The notes under the pieces are model-generated. The model was not told the DNA's origin. It did not search any database and worked only from the letters and a program-made list of their open reading frames with translations. The position numbers were made by a program, and so were the translations under genes. DNA of 64,000 nt from Owenia fusiformis (Eukaryota). Below, one piece after another: positions 13,101 to 27,200 of the stretch (the stretch's first letter is position 1; every line of letters starts with the position of its first letter). Where the stretch lies: positions 186,001-250,000 of the forward strand of contig CAIIXF020000001.1 in assembly GCA_903813345.2 (NCBI GenBank). The letters are read 5' to 3'.

Positions 13101-16100
13101 CATTAACACTCTCCCCCAAACTAAAGGATGAGTCAGGATATATGCGCTTTTGGTCCTTCAGAAATAGAAATCACTGCGTCCGTCCCATGGACGCAGTGCA
13201 TGTCATATGCCAAAAATCAACTTTGGATGAATGTATTGATAAAGATATCACTTTCAGTCTCTTTATTATTATGTCATCACCAAAAAGTGGTGACATTTTG
13301 TTATGGTATCCTTTTTTTGTGATGGCGGTTGGTGGTTGGCGATCGGCAGGTGGCGGTTGGCCTCTGTAACAAATTCTTAAAACTTCCAATAACTTTACAA
13401 GTACTCTTTAGACAGACTTCAGTTTTTTTCAAACTGATCTACAAGTTTTCAGAAGTTCAAAGCTAACTTTATATTTAAAATTTGACCTTCAGTGAGCAGG
13501 TCATAAAGGTATTTTTATAACTTGCTTCAAACTGACCAATTTGTTTCAAAATCATGTACAAGTTAATGGATGTTCAAATCTGATTTTAAATGGCAAATCA
13601 ACTTATAGATTTTCTAGAAAAATATAATATCTTCTGTGAACAGCAATTTGGCTTTAGAAAAAATAGATCTACATATATGGCTATTACCAGCTTCTTAGAA
13701 ACATTAATCCAGTCAATTGAAAAGAAAGATCTTAATATTGCTATTTTCATCGACTTGTCTAAAGCATTTGATACGGTTAATCATGAGATACTTCTTCAAA
13801 AATTTTACTATTATGGAATCAGGGGAATGCACATAAGTGGTTCATTAGCTATCTTTCAAACCGAACTCAGGAAACAGAATATACTGACAAGACTTCCAAA
13901 ATCAACACAGTCACCTGCGGGGTCCCACAGGGCTCGATCCTTGGACCTATTCTGTTTCTTATTTACATCAATGACATTGTTATGACATCTTCTATATTTA
14001 AATTTGTTATCTTTGCTGATGAAACAAACCTTCTCTGCTCACATAAAAACCTAAGTACTCTCATTAATCATGTCAACTCTGAATTAGAAAATCTTGACAA
14101 ATGGCTATGTGCAAATAAACTATAGCTTAAACAAATTAAAAGAATCTGAAATAAAAATGCTAAATATTAAAATTAGAAATAAACCTATTGAGAGAATTTC
14201 AAAGACTACTTTCCTTGGAGTTATTATCGATGATGAACTTAAATGGAATGAGCATATCTTGTCAAGGTCAAAAATAAGTTAAATCACACTGCAATGATGT
14301 CTATTTATTACTCTCTCTATAGCCATATAAATTATTGTATTCTTATCTGGGGAACAGCAACTAAAGCTCTATTGTTTCAAATTCTGAAAGTACAAAAAAG
14401 ATTCTTAAGACTAATTTCAAACAGTGTTAGAACAGACGATTCCTCTCTACAATTTAAGAAAATAAAGATACTTAAATTAGAAGATATTCATAAGCTAAAT
14501 GTTGGTATTTTTGTATTTAATTGTCTCAAACGACCTAAAGAATTTCCTCAAACTTTATTCTATGACTACTTCATATCAAATGCTCAAACTCATGGTCAAG
14601 AGACACGTTATAGATTCAATCTTAGAGCTAATCGATTTAAATCTACATTTGGACAAAGGAGCATTAAACACATAGGACAAACAACATTGAATGAATTACC
14701 TGAAACTTTTAAACATCTGAATTCTAGAAATAAATTTAAGTCAGATTTGAAAAAGTATTATCTGGACAAGTATTAAATTGTATAACATTTAGTTATATGT
14801 GCTTATATATATGTGCTTCTATTACTTTTCTCCTAACTTTCTATCTTTAAAAACAGTTTTATATCTTGTCATCTTGATTAATACAATTATGTAATATAAT
14901 CATATGTAACTATATACACCCGCATGGGTGTCAGTTGCCTGTACAATGAACATTGATATAATTGATGAATAAACAACTATGCAAACTGGTCAAAAAAGTT
15001 TTTTTTTCAACTTGCTTCAAATTGACTAATTTTTTGGGCTCAATATCATCTAGAAGTTCTCAAAAGTTCAAATCTGACTCTAGATTTGACATTCAGTGAC
15101 ATTCTCAAGGTCAAAAAATATTTGATCTTCAATGACCTTCTCAAGGTCAAAAAGGTCTTTTTTCAACTTGCTTCAAATTGACCATTTTTTAAGATTATCT
15201 ACAAGTTCTCAGAAGTTCAAATCTGACTTGAGATTTTACCTTCAATGACCTTTTCAGGGTTAAAAGGTCTTTTTTCAACTTGCTTCAAATTGTCCAATTT
15301 TTCTCAAAATTATCTACAAGTTCTCAGAAATTCAAATCTGACTTTTGATTGAACTAATAATATTGTGAGCAACTAGGTGGTGACATTTTGTCATGTTAAT
15401 GCCTTGTTTTGTCAAATCTACTAATTTATCAATATTCTATTTCTACAAGAAATAAAATTTTCTTTCGAAGTTTCCTTACCTGAAAGTTGATTTCCAATCG
15501 AAATAGTATGAGGCTTGTGATAAGACAATTAGTTGCTACAGTAATTGATTTCTGACCTGTAATCAGAACGAGTTCTATGATTGACCCTTAGCTGAAGAGC
15601 TGATTCAAACCATTTTCTATTGGTTAAAGTTGTACTAAAACCAATTTCAGAATCTCTTATTATCTCGTATTTAGCACAAATAACATCCCTTTTGTTATTT
15701 TGACTACAATGCTTGTGCTATTTCCCCACACCACACGATTTATTAAGATAAGGCTGTCACCCTCTGAAATGTTGTTAATTTTGCGCACTTTTTGAGGTCA
15801 CCTGACCATGAAAGTTTTGACGTACTGTGTGCCAAGTTATTCTGGCGCTAAATCGAAAAGTTGTTATTGCAAACTACTACAAAGACTGAACCAAAGTAGA
15901 AAAAGACATTAGTTTCATATTCGCACGCATTCCAATAGCCAAATAAACATTTTTATTTGATTGAACTTCACAAAAAGAAATTCTTGAGGAAAGAGCACTG
16001 CAATATTATTCATTACATATACAAGGAATTGATTGAAATGCATTTGTTAAACCATATATCGATAACTGAAAATGTTAACCCAATAATTATATTTTGGCCT

Positions 16101-18051
16101 TAGAGCATTACATTCGGGTTAAACAATTTTAATCCCCCAAAACTGGCAATGTTTGATGTTATATAACTTACATGCTTTCAATAGCCTCTCTGGTTGATTG
16201 ATTCTGCACTCAATTGCAAGTGGTATTATACCCTTCGCAAAATTGATGAGAATAGCTGTTTTTCAGACACTACAATTTTGGATATTTCTCAAGTCGATTT
16301 CCTAACTCATTCCCTGATTTATCCTTTATTTAGTTCTATCAGATACAATATTTTGATGCCACCCATAAGTTGTGTCTTCTGTCGATTCTCCTTGAGATAT
16401 GTGTTACAACTTACAAGTGACATCTATAAATGAACATGTATTATTTTATACCTTACCTGATAGATGTGTTTTATTTACTTGCTAGATTATTAGTCAGAAT
16501 CAAGAGCGGTTTGTGCAGATGTTGAATGAGCCAGCTGCAGGGGGAGGCCCAGGAGGGGTACAAGCTGGGGGAGTTCCAGCACACCCACAGCCACAAGGCA
16601 TCCCTGTAACTCCATTAGAAAAAGAAGCTATTGATAGGGTAGGTATAAAGAAGTCAAAGTAGATTGCATTTTTTAATGCAGCAACTTAATTGTTGAGAGC
16701 TTTTAAGAAAGGACAGGTGGTGGTAAGGCCTCCTTGTAGCCTCCCGAGAAAACAAGTGTAAATAGGCAAGGAATTGAAGATAGTATAACTTATTACTTAA
16801 AATCTGATTTTTGACCTTGACACCTGGGTCACTTTGGCAGATGCTATTTATTGTTCAAATTTCCAGTACAAAATATGAAAGCCATAGGATTAATTTATTT
16901 GTGACTGAAAATAAGACATGTGAATGGCAATTACATTAAAATTTGAATTGAAATGCTCATATGGGCATAATTCTGTGGACACATGTTATAGTCTCCAACA
17001 TCATTCATCATTGGAAAGCCAAAATAACACCAAAATTGAGATTAATACAATTTGTACAAGTTCTTCTCTCTGTTTGACACCATTCATTTTTCACTTCAGT
17101 TTTGCAACGGCAATATTTTTACAAACTGCAATCTTTTTCTGAATTAACGAACTGGAGAAAAAACCCCGAAAAACCGAACTGGAGAACTGATTTTTTGAAC
17201 TGAATGTACCGAGCCAGGCCTAAGAACCAATACAAGCAACACCGCTGTTTCGTCACACCGTTAGATATCAATATCGTTATTGCAGAGAAGTGTGCCAATG
17301 TTAACTTTTCAATGAAATGGGATGAACACCATATGATAACACAATAGACAAAAAATGACAATCTTTTACAGATTTGCATAAATGAATTACACACACAGCT
17401 GCATTTTGACAATGTTCTACTCTGAATGCCATACATTCTATGTACTAGTAATTAATTCCATAGTGTGTACCCATATTTTGACAACCCTGTAATGGGGCTC
17501 TTTCTGCTAATTTTTCAACAAAAGTTTTGGCACTTCTTGAAATTGAAGATCTCAAAACAAAAGGTTTTCTACAACATGCAATTCGTTTTAAAAGTAAATG
17601 GGAGAGTTTTTTGGAAAAAGGTTAAGTTGATTATTTATTGAACCATTATATCCAGTTATGCTTGATGCTAAAATTAAACTTAAATTGTATCTCAGAAAGC
17701 ACTAATATGATATGAAGTCATGTGTACAGTAAAACCTGTATATTAGAACACCTCTCTAATCCAAATCTCTCAATGTGAACTTGGTCCCAATTTATTATCT
17801 TCGATTAATATACATATTAAGGAATCTTAATATTTGAACAACTGCAAATCCAAACATTATACCAATCCTAACTTTACATTTGGATGAGACAGGTTTAGCT
17901 GTAATTAGTGTTAAGATATTTTGTTTTTCCATTCCAGTTAAAAGCATTAGGATTTCCGGAGGACTTATGTGTACAAGCTTATTTCGCATGTGACAAGAAC
18001 GAAGAACTAGCAGCAAACTTTCTACTTTCTCAAGGTTTTGATGACAGTTGA
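4107..18051 (+). CDS. RAD23: UV excision repair protein RAD23 homolog (spliced; exon 1 not in window)
   Basis: Exons 4107-4185, 4443-4522, 5028-5209, 5469-5685, 6209-6422, 12562-12689, 16486-16638, 17938-18051; all GT-AG and phase-compatible. UBL ([18 protein letters not shown]), UBA1 ([28 protein letters not shown]), XPC-binding ([26 protein letters not shown]), UBA2 ([30 protein letters not shown]). Confidence 0.96.
4443..4522 (+). CDS. RAD23: RAD23 exon (UBL)
   Basis: tgcag|[27 protein letters not shown]|gtaaga. Confidence 0.93.
5028..5209 (+). CDS. RAD23: RAD23 exon (Pro/Ala/Thr linker)
   Basis: gctag|[17 protein letters not shown]...VTTE|gtatta; phase fits both neighbours. Confidence 0.85.
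5469..5685 (+). CDS. RAD23: RAD23 exon (UBA1)
   Basis: tacag|STASTT...[49 protein letters not shown]|gtgagt. Confidence 0.94.
6209..6422 (+). CDS. RAD23: RAD23 exon (linker)
   Basis: catag|[14 protein letters not shown]...PQPAPG|gttaga. Confidence 0.9.
6543..12458. repeat. 59-bp intronic satellite, ~100 copies (RAD23 intron)
   Basis: Unit ttttctgaggcacaagaatgagcaaccctctgcatacatttgacaattattcactatcc. Confidence 0.97.
12562..12689 (+). CDS. RAD23: RAD23 exon (XPC-binding)
   Basis: ttcag|[43 protein letters not shown]|gtgagt. Confidence 0.94.
13270..15410 (-). mobile_element. HINE/Helentron-like non-autonomous repeat with internal tandem units (hosts the LINE)
   Basis: Terminus aacaaggcattaacatgacaaaatgtcaccacc (also at ~4252, 22229, 44370, 50111); internal ttcaacttgcttcaaattgacc units; terminal hairpin atgtcaccactttttggtgatgacat. 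Confidence 0.6.
13590..14975 (+). mobile_element. 5'-truncated, decayed CR1/L2-clade LINE (RT domain)
   Basis: [33 protein letters not shown] and FADE read across frameshifts; [19 protein letters not shown]. Confidence 0.9.
16486..16638 (+). CDS. RAD23: RAD23 exon
   Basis: gctag|[16 protein letters not shown]...[13 protein letters not shown]|gtaggt. Confidence 0.93.
17938..18051 (+). CDS. RAD23: RAD23 last coding exon (UBA2)
   Basis: tccag|[37 protein letters not shown]. Confidence 0.94.
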   Translation, partial: LKALGFPEDLCVQAYFACDKNEELAANFLLSQGFDDS

Positions 18052-18795
18052 TCTGCTTTAAAAACACTTTTTTATTATTTCATTATTAATTAACGTTATC
18101 TGAACATCCACTTCCTATGTGGTCTGTTTGGCTATCTAAAACTAGGACTGAAATAGCCTCAAACCTGTATGTAATAATGAAATAGCGCCACATCTGTTGT
18201 ATATTATAATGAAATTGCATCAGACATTTCTATATCTGCAATATGTATAAAACACATAAAGTGACAATATACCATAGCATTTATTTTAACATTTTTTTGC
18301 CAATTGTTTTTGGATGCAATATCATTTGTTCAAACAATTTTCATGGAAAGCAAGGCAAATAAGTGCACTCAATTTGGATTGCTATGAGAAATGCTTGTTG
18401 TTGGTGCTTTATTATAGATCTAAATACTATCTGATGAACCACTGTGGTCTCATCATTAGATCTATTAATGATGTGCCATAACTTTTGAACTTTTCAATTG
18501 TATAACATGAACCATCAGATGCATCTCTTTTAGTATAAAACAATAAAACATTTTCAGTACTGTTAAAACTTGGAATAAATGCTGCCAGTAGCTATATGAA
18601 TAAAGTTTGTAAAGCATATCTCAGTATATAATGTTTTTAGTTGATTGCTCAGGAGTAAATATCATATCCTTCCATGTATCTGGAAAATACATCAAATACT
18701 ACTTTTTTTTAAGTTGGCCACCATTTTTAAAGTGGAGGGAATATTTTTCGAAGATCTAATTTTTTCATTACCAACCAAAGTAATGACTAGTAATG

Positions 18796-19023
18796 CAGGG
18801 CTCTCACCAGGAAATATTTAGGGTGTGGTGCTAACATCTTCAGAATAACCGTTCAATCATGATAAATCATATTTATGTTATGTTTTATCCTTTTTACATG
18901 CTATTATTTTATATTCAGTCAAGTTTAGACTATGGAAACAGTCATGATTTGCCAATAGGGTGTGGAGGGAGCTAAATAGAGTGTGGTGCTGCGCCACAGT
19001 CTAAAAGCCTGGCAAGAGCCCTG
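18796..19023. mobile_element. hAT-like MITE with 5-bp TSD
   Basis: CAGGGCTCTCACCAGG...CCTGGCAAGAGCCCTG flanked by TAATG. Confidence 0.75.
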
Positions 19024-19448
19024 TAATGTATGGAATTTTAGTTGTGTATCCATAAATTGTATCTTTCATCCTGTCCCTCACGGGCCATGTATAGGTATCA
19101 AGAAAACAGCAATTTGAGACCTCTGTTAGAATGACTATGATAGTCAAATGAAAGGTGTTATCCAGTAGATTCTAATTACTGTATCGTTTTTATGATTTTA
19201 AGCTTCAGAAATTCCACAATGGTAACAAACCAGCTGTTGGAAATGATTTATGGGCAATTTAACTAATTAACTTCCCAGCAGTGGGTTTCAACACATCTGA
19301 AGACATGTTCCATTTAACTGTGTATAAGACAATACATGCATTTAAATATTCTTTGGATCTAATTTGAAAGTAAGTATTTTTCTGAAAATTCCATTTTGCC
19401 CATAAAACGTGTCAAAATTTGGTTGACACTCAATTTTTATAGGGTCCA

Positions 19449-20299
19449 TTAATTAATAGAGGATACATTTAATGATATCAACCACATTTTTCAAAAGTTG
19501 CAGAAAAAACAAAATTGGATTTCTGAATTTTATCAAGTTAACTCAAGTATGAATATTGCAAGAGGTTTTATTGATGTCAATAAAGCAAAATACACAAACA
19601 TCTCAAAATACAGATTGAAAGCAAATAATGTTTTATTCCAAATTAGAGACCAAAAATCAAAATTCTTTTATGAAATTTTGAAAAATAAGCAGTCTGAAAA
19701 ATGGTTCATGAAAAAGAAATGGGAACGTAAATTTTGCTTCTTAAATAATGAAACCTACTATGAAATAAATTGGCAAAACTTTTTCTTTACAAAGATAAAA
19801 TGTAAAGAAAAGAAGATTTCAACTATAAAATTATAAACAACATCCTTCCTAGTCTTAATGATTTACATCTATATGGAAAAAGTGAAACATATAATGGCAG
19901 TTTGTGCGGAGAAGTATGTACATTAAAACACTTGCTTATCGCATGTACACTCTCCCAAAATGTTTGGAAATATATCTTTAATGTATCAGGTTTAAAGATA
20001 ACATATAGAAAGTTGATAATAGGCTATAATGGAAATGATGACCAGACTACATTTTTGAACTACTTTATTAGTATTGTAACATTTGTGATATATAAAGCAT
20101 ACATTCAAGAATTAAATAATGGAATAAAACTGAATTTTGAGAGAATTGTTAAAACTCTAAAATTCGAAATTTATGTATGTAAAAATGTATTTTTTAAAAA
20201 CAACTGGAATATAAGATTGTAATTGATTTACTACTACTGTATCTGTACTTATTTTAGAAACTGAAATAAACTATATTGAAAAGGAAAAAAAAAAGAAAA
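19449..20299 (+). mobile_element. 3' fragment of Tx1/L1-like LINE
   Basis: C-terminal zinc-knuckle-like LCGEVCTLKHLLIAC..VW; AATAAA and A-rich tail; 10-bp TSD ATAGGGTCCA (19439-19448 / 20300-20309). Confidence 0.85.
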
Positions 20300-21810
20300 A
20301 TAGGGTCCACAATGCATCCATAAAAATCCAGTCTCATTCCATAAAGTCGCACCCCAATTGATGTACTAGATTAGATTAATTACTACTGTACTATTCTATA
20401 TATATCATCTACGTCTTGGCATCATCACTGGCAATGAGGACACTCAGGACAGTGATGCTAAACTAACGTCTATATATATATCTTTTATTGACTCTTTAGA
20501 TGTCATATCATGACATATTAGTCACTAAGGTAGAGCAGTTCTTCCCATTGTCGAGTTGAAGAACTGGTATCTCTATCCTGGCTAGAACCATAGACAATTC
20601 TTGCCAGCGCAAGCCTTTTATCGAGTTAGCAGCACTCTAGAGATCTGCTGACACTGACATGGGCAACGGAATAAGTTGCTATCTTCGGGCTGTCTTGGTG
20701 TCTTCAAGTGGTTAGCATATTATTACAGAATTTGTCAATGAAAATGTTACATTGTTGTATAATTGAGAAACCGTAACGCTACTAATGATAGGACAACATA
20801 TACCAGTGTATAATGTATAAATGTACTGGTACAGTACAGTATGGGGTGGCTTACATTATTTTTATTCTTTTCAATTTTTCGTGATTAGTGAGACTTTAAA
20901 GATGTAAAGCAATAGGAGACACTTTTTAACTTTTTAAAGGTCAACAAAAGCTAAAAATATCAAATATCAGATCTGATTTCTTGAAAAGTGTTTGATTTCG
21001 AAATAAATGACCAACGGTGAATGAATACATTGAATTATAGACCACATTATGTTTGGAAAGGATTAACATTGTACAGAAAGAACTCTTTTGGTCCAAATAA
21101 CATGAGTTAATAGCTAAGTCATTAAGTTACTCTTGCACATACAGCAACTACCACTTATTTGAAAGTTCTACCTTAACAGAGTGTCTGATATTTAAAGAAA
21201 ATTTGACTTTTCCACGCCAAACTCGGCGATGACAGGTCAAATAAGCTATACATAGCTATACATAAAATGAATGTAGATAATGATTGGAACACTGACCTTT
21301 GCCCTTTTTCAGTAACCACCTGATGGCATCTTCTCTACAATGAGGCTATAGAGAAGACAATGACATATTAAGCAAAAACATTTTATTATGTATTTAACAT
21401 TTTACTTTATTACAATAGTAATCTAGTACTGTACATTATTGCATTGTTTTACATTTTGGCACTTTAACATAAATATCACCTCACATGTTGTGAATATATC
21501 ATATACCTGTACAATTCAATTGTTTTAACAAACTGATCTTAAAATAGTTCCATTATTTGCATAATTAATATTCTATTCTGTACACAGCTAATGATGAAAA
21601 TATGTACATGAAAATGTCATGAAAAACATGGTATAAATTGCAATGTCCCAATTGAGCACATGTCGGCATGCTGCATGGAAAGATTTATAAAAAATATAAC
21701 AAGAGGGGGTATATCGTAAGTAGGGCCCTGAAAAATAATACAGGGACCCCATTAGACCCCTTCAATTTTAGAGTATCTTGAAAAGGTATTTTTTATTTGT
21801 AAGTTGAATG

Positions 21811-22715
21811 TTATGAGTCTGATGATCCAAAGTTCAGTTGGTTTAACTGCACCCCTCCATGACTGCTACTAGAAATGTCTGTTGTGAGGTTAGCTTCATA
21901 TGTTGGGTTCTCAAATGCTGGCTTCATTGGTATCTTCAATGGAGACCTCCTGCAGAAGAAACAAACTGGTTTAATAATTTCATACTCTACATTGAGGTTA
22001 ATTTCTGCTTTTTGTGAATATCATATATGGTGTAAAGAATTGTGGATAATCAACTTGTTAAATGTTTTGATATTGATGTACTTGTGTACAAGTTGCATGG
22101 AACTGGAGATTACTAGTGAAAAATATAACGAGAGCAAACTACAGTAAAGCCTGGCATTCCTAATGACCCTAGGACTGGCCAGACAAGCAGGTGTTTATAT
22201 TTTAAGTTTATTAACATGTTAATCTTTAAACAAGGCATTCACATGTAAAATGTCACAACCATTTGTTACAAACACCAACCAACGAGACCACCACAATGAG
22301 TCACCACTTTTTGATGGTGACATAAAAATTGAAATAAAGAGTTCACATTGAAAGGTGTTCAGATTACAGAGATGTGTGGTCTCATTGTATGTGTGGGATT
22401 GTCAACTTACAGCTTGCGTCTGAAGAGGAATCCCATCAAAACAATGATGATGACAACGAGGACTACAGCCCCAACACTGACGCCTACAATGACACCCGTC
22501 CTGTTGCTGCCACTATTTGACCCTGTCTGGCCTTGGGGAGCTTCTACAATACAACATCAAAAGTATGAGTCACAAATATCACATGGAATGAAGACTGGCA
22601 AAACCATAAATCAGTTATTAATAGAATATTTATCACTGCATGTTTAACTTACTTGGTGAGACTGATGGTTGACTGGATGAAGATTTTAATGTGCTGCCAA
22701 TAGAGCTGCTAGACC
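21811..22715 (-). other. Duplicate copy of stalk/TM/tail exons (22653-22715, 22411-22543, 21811-21949)
   Basis: Same sequence as the exons at 24128-25032, shifted by 2317 bp. Confidence 0.85.
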
Positions 22716-24127
22716 CTATAATGGTATGAGAAAAGATACTATACATGTTTTTTTTTATGATAACTGGTATATCTAATTTCTGAAGTTCTATTAAAAACAT
22801 TGATGTCTATGCTGATATCAGCAACATAAACTGTATGCTACCTTAATAACAACAGTTAATCATTACCATAAATTTTTTAATTATAGTTTATTTTTATTGA
22901 ATAGCGGCTTAAGATGGAATTTTAGTAAATAACATACTGGTAGTTTTGATTTTTGGGACTAACATAAACATTGACTTCTCAACAAATCATGCATCAATTA
23001 CTTTAATATTTTTTAAAGTATGAATTCAATGTGTTTGTGACCTGCTCCCTGTGGACAGTTCTTACTTCTTATCAATCATATAAAATATGTTTTACAACAT
23101 ATATATACAGGGTTGGCAAATAAAAATGGGACACTCACATAAATCCTAATGAAAATAGCAGATATGAACGAAATGTCATGAAAATTTGGGATGAACATTT
23201 GTGATTATTTATGTAAAATTTCAAATCAAACAATGCAAGTTTTCATTCTATTTCTCTTTAAGCAAGACATGTGACGCATCACCTCAAAAAACAGCTTTTG
23301 AAATTGCAGAATTTTTCGTAATTTCTATAATTTTAGGTACACTATTCTATTTCTCTTTATTTTCCCATCATTATATTCATATCTTGCCAAAATATCATTG
23401 CTATTTGTAGCCTAGACAGTCTCCTCTATGTGATAACATCGTGACCTTTCATAACAGAGCCTAACTACCACTTATTTGAAAGTTCTACCTTAACAGAGTG
23501 TCTGATATTTAAAGAAAATTTGACTTTTCCACGCCAAACTCGGCGATGACAGGTCAAATAAGCTATACATAGCTATACATAAAATGAATGTAGATAATGA
23601 TTGGAACACTGACCTTTGCCCTTTTTCAGTAACCACCTGATGGCATCTTCTCTACAATGAGGCTATAGAGAAGACAATGACATATTAAGCAAAAACATTT
23701 TATTATGTATTTAACATTTTACTTTATTACAATAGTAATCTAGTACTGTACATTATTGCATTGTTTTACATTTTGGCACTTTAACATAAATATCACCTCA
23801 CATGTTGTGAATATATCATATACCTGTACAATTCAATTGTTTTAACAAACTGATCTTAAAATAGTTCCATTATTTGCATAATTAATATTCTATTCTGTAC
23901 ACAGCTAATGATGAAAATATGTACATGAAAATGTCATGAAAAACATGGTATAAATTGCAATGTCCCAATTGAGCACATGTCGGCATGCTGCATGGAAAGA
24001 TTTATAAAAAATATAACAAGAGGGGGTATATCGTAAGTAGGGCCCTGAAAAATAATACAGGGACCCCATTAGACCCCTTCAATTTTAGAGTATCTTGAAA
24101 AGGTATTTTTTATTTGTAAGTTGAATG

Positions 24128-24266
24128 TTATGAGTCTGATGATCCAAAGTTCAGTTGGTTTAACTGCACCCCTCCATGACTGCTACTAGAAATGTCTGTT
24201 GTGAGGTTAGCTTCATATGTTGGGTTCTCAAATGCTGGCTTCATTGGTATCTTCAATGGAGACCTC
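24128..24266 (-). CDS. Cytoplasmic tail exon (stop)
   Basis: RSPLKIPMKPAFENPTYEANLTTD...FGSSDS*. Confidence 0.85.
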
Positions 24267-27200
24267 CTGCAGAAGAAACAAACTGGTTTAATAATTTCAT
24301 ACTCTACATTGAGGTTAATTTCTGCTTTTTGTGAATATCATATATGGTGTAAAGAATTGTGGATAATCAACTTGTTAAATGTTTTGATATTGATGTACTT
24401 GTGTACAAGTTGCATGGAACTGGAGATTACTAGTGAAAAATATAACGAGAGCAAACTACAGTAAAGCCTGGCATTCCTAATGACCCTAGGACTGGCCAGA
24501 CAAGCAGGTGTTTATATTTTAAGTTTATTAACATGTTAATCTTTAAACAAGGCATTCACATGTAAAATGTCACAACCATTTGTTACAAACACCAACCAAC
24601 GAGACCACCACAATGAGTCACCACTTTTTGATGGTGACATAAAAATTGAAATAAAGAGTTCACATTGAAAGGTGTTCAGATTACAGAGATGTGTGGTCTC
24701 ATTGTATGTGTGGGATTGTCAACTTACAGCTTGCGTCTGAAGAGGAATCCCATCAAAACAATGATGATGACAACGAGGACTACAGCCCCAACACTGACGC
24801 CTACAATGACACCCGTCCTGTTGCTGCCACTATTTGACCCTGTCTGGCCTTGGGGAGCTTCTACAATACAACATCAAAAGTATGAGTCACAAATATCACA
24901 TGGAATGAAGACTGGCAAAACCATAAATCAGTTATTAATAGAATATTTATCACTGCATGTTTAACTTACTTGGTGAGACTGATGGTTGACTGGATGAAGA
25001 TTTTAATGTGCTGCCAATAGAGCTGCTAGACCCTATAATGGTATGAGAAAAGATACTATACATGTTTTTTTTTATGATAACTGGTATATCTAATTTCTGA
25101 AGTTCTATTAAAAACATTGATGTCTATGCTGATATCAGCAACATAAACTGTATGCTACCTTAATAACAACAGTTAATCATTACCATAAATTTTTTAATTA
25201 TAGTTTATTTTTATTGAATAGCGGCTTAAGATGGAATTTTAGTAAATAACATACCGGTAGTTTTGATTTTTGGGACTAACATAAACATTGACTTCTCAAC
25301 AAATCATGCATCAATTACTTTAATATTTTTTAAAGTATGAATTCAATGTGTTTGTGACCTGCTCCCTGTGGACAGTTCTTACTTCTTATCAATCATATAA
25401 AATATGTTTTACAACATATATATACAGGGTTGGCAAATAAAAATGGGACACTCACATAAATCCTAATGAAAATAGCAGATATGAACGAAATGTCATGAAA
25501 ATTTGGGATGAACATTTGTGATTATTTATGTAAAATTTCAAATCAAACAATGCAAGTTTTCATTCTATTTCTCTTTAAGCAAGACATGTGACGCATCACC
25601 TCAAAAAACAGCTTTTGAAATTGCAGAATTTTTCGTAATTTCTATAATTTTAGGTACACTATTCTATTTCTCTTTATTTTCCCATCATTATATTCATATC
25701 TTGCCAAAATATCATTGCTATTTGTAGCCTAGACAGTCTCCTCTATGTGATAACATCGTGACCTTTCATAACAGAGCCTAACGTTTAATGGACATATTGT
25801 ATGAATTGTTCCAAAAATCCCTGAAAATCAGAGATTCTATGTGAAAATGAAACTACGTTATGACCTCAGATTATGATAGGTTGATTACGCAATGAAACTC
25901 GAAACAAATTGAGGTTAGAATGGTAGCAAAAGCTTTAGGAACGCATATGCAATTTACAGTAATGACCTCTTTGAGATTAAGCGCTATTATCGCAGACAGA
26001 GGCAGACATACCTTTCCATGCATTTCTTTATTATTTTTAGATTGTAAATTGTGACATAACAATCAAAAACATTTAAGATAAGTCACATAATATCATATCT
26101 TATTAAAGCTAAATGGATTCTCCATCATTTTGTATATAACACATGGTCGATCAGTTTGATCCTAATTACTTCGAAGAATGATACAACGTGTCCTATTTTT
26201 TATTGCCCACCCTGTATATGACTTGTCAAAAACATGTATCATCTGAAGCACTGGTTTTAAAAACATTCATTGCTACGCTAATAAATTGCAAGTGGTTTTA
26301 TACTCCAAATGAGAAATATTATTTTTGACCTATAAGATATCATAACATCTGATTTGTGAGAAATTTAACATAAACAATTGCACTCACCTTTAGTTGGTCC
26401 TGGTGTAGCAGAGTTTGCCATGCATGCGGCAGGATACGTTGACCAGGTGCCGTCATTCTGGCAAGTTGAGATGAATGTCTTCTCTCCGTTGGCAGTAAGT
26501 GGGTCGTTACAGGTGAATGTGGCAGTGTCACCTACAGAGACGCCTGTTAACACAACCTTGGCCCCTGTCACTTGGATAGGATCTCCACACGACTCCGCTG
26601 ATAGAAAATATCACATGATGTCATAATGTTACAAGGCAATAGGGCAGCCTGATGCTTGATTCAAGCGGAAACATCTAGCTCGCCAAAATATTACAGAACA
26701 GATATTTCCTTCAATTGAAACTTTGAAAATGAAGTCTTCTTGTTACTATGGGTACTTGAAGCGGATGCCTTCTTTATATACTGAAATGCAACAAGCATGA
26801 AATTGTGTTTCCTACCTATACAAATAGGAGGGCTAGCAGACCAGTCTCCTGTAGTTGTGCAGACAATGGTCTCTGCACCCTCCAAAATATAACCCTCCTG
26901 GCACTTAAAGGTGGCCACCCCATTGTAACCCAGAGAGCTGATTGTCACTGTAGACAGTGGGTGGATTATTGGTGTTCTGCACTGTGTCACTGCAAAAGAA
27001 ATTGCATTATACATACACTGATCCTCATAAGTTAGGCAACAAGTCTTCATTTGATAGCATGTTAAAACCTGTAAATGTAAGTGTAAAACCGTGTGTGTGT
27101 GTGGCGGTCATGCCATCTTTTATTTGATTAAAAGTACATAAATATGAAATCTAAAAAATAAAAGTTCGCTACAGGCGAACCTATGCACCAACAAGAACTT

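Larger units (their letters stand above)
21146..25782. repeat. 2317-bp tandem duplication (21146-23462 / 23463-25779)
   Basis: Identical ORF triplets in the track; AAC microhomology at the junction; one substitution noticed (atactgg ~22937 vs ataccgg ~25254). Confidence 0.95.

Noticed and set aside
21875-25727. Plus-strand ORF triplets (90, 99, 69 aa), each seen twice
   Set aside because: Antisense shadows of the TM/tail exons or MITE sequence, doubled by the tandem duplication.
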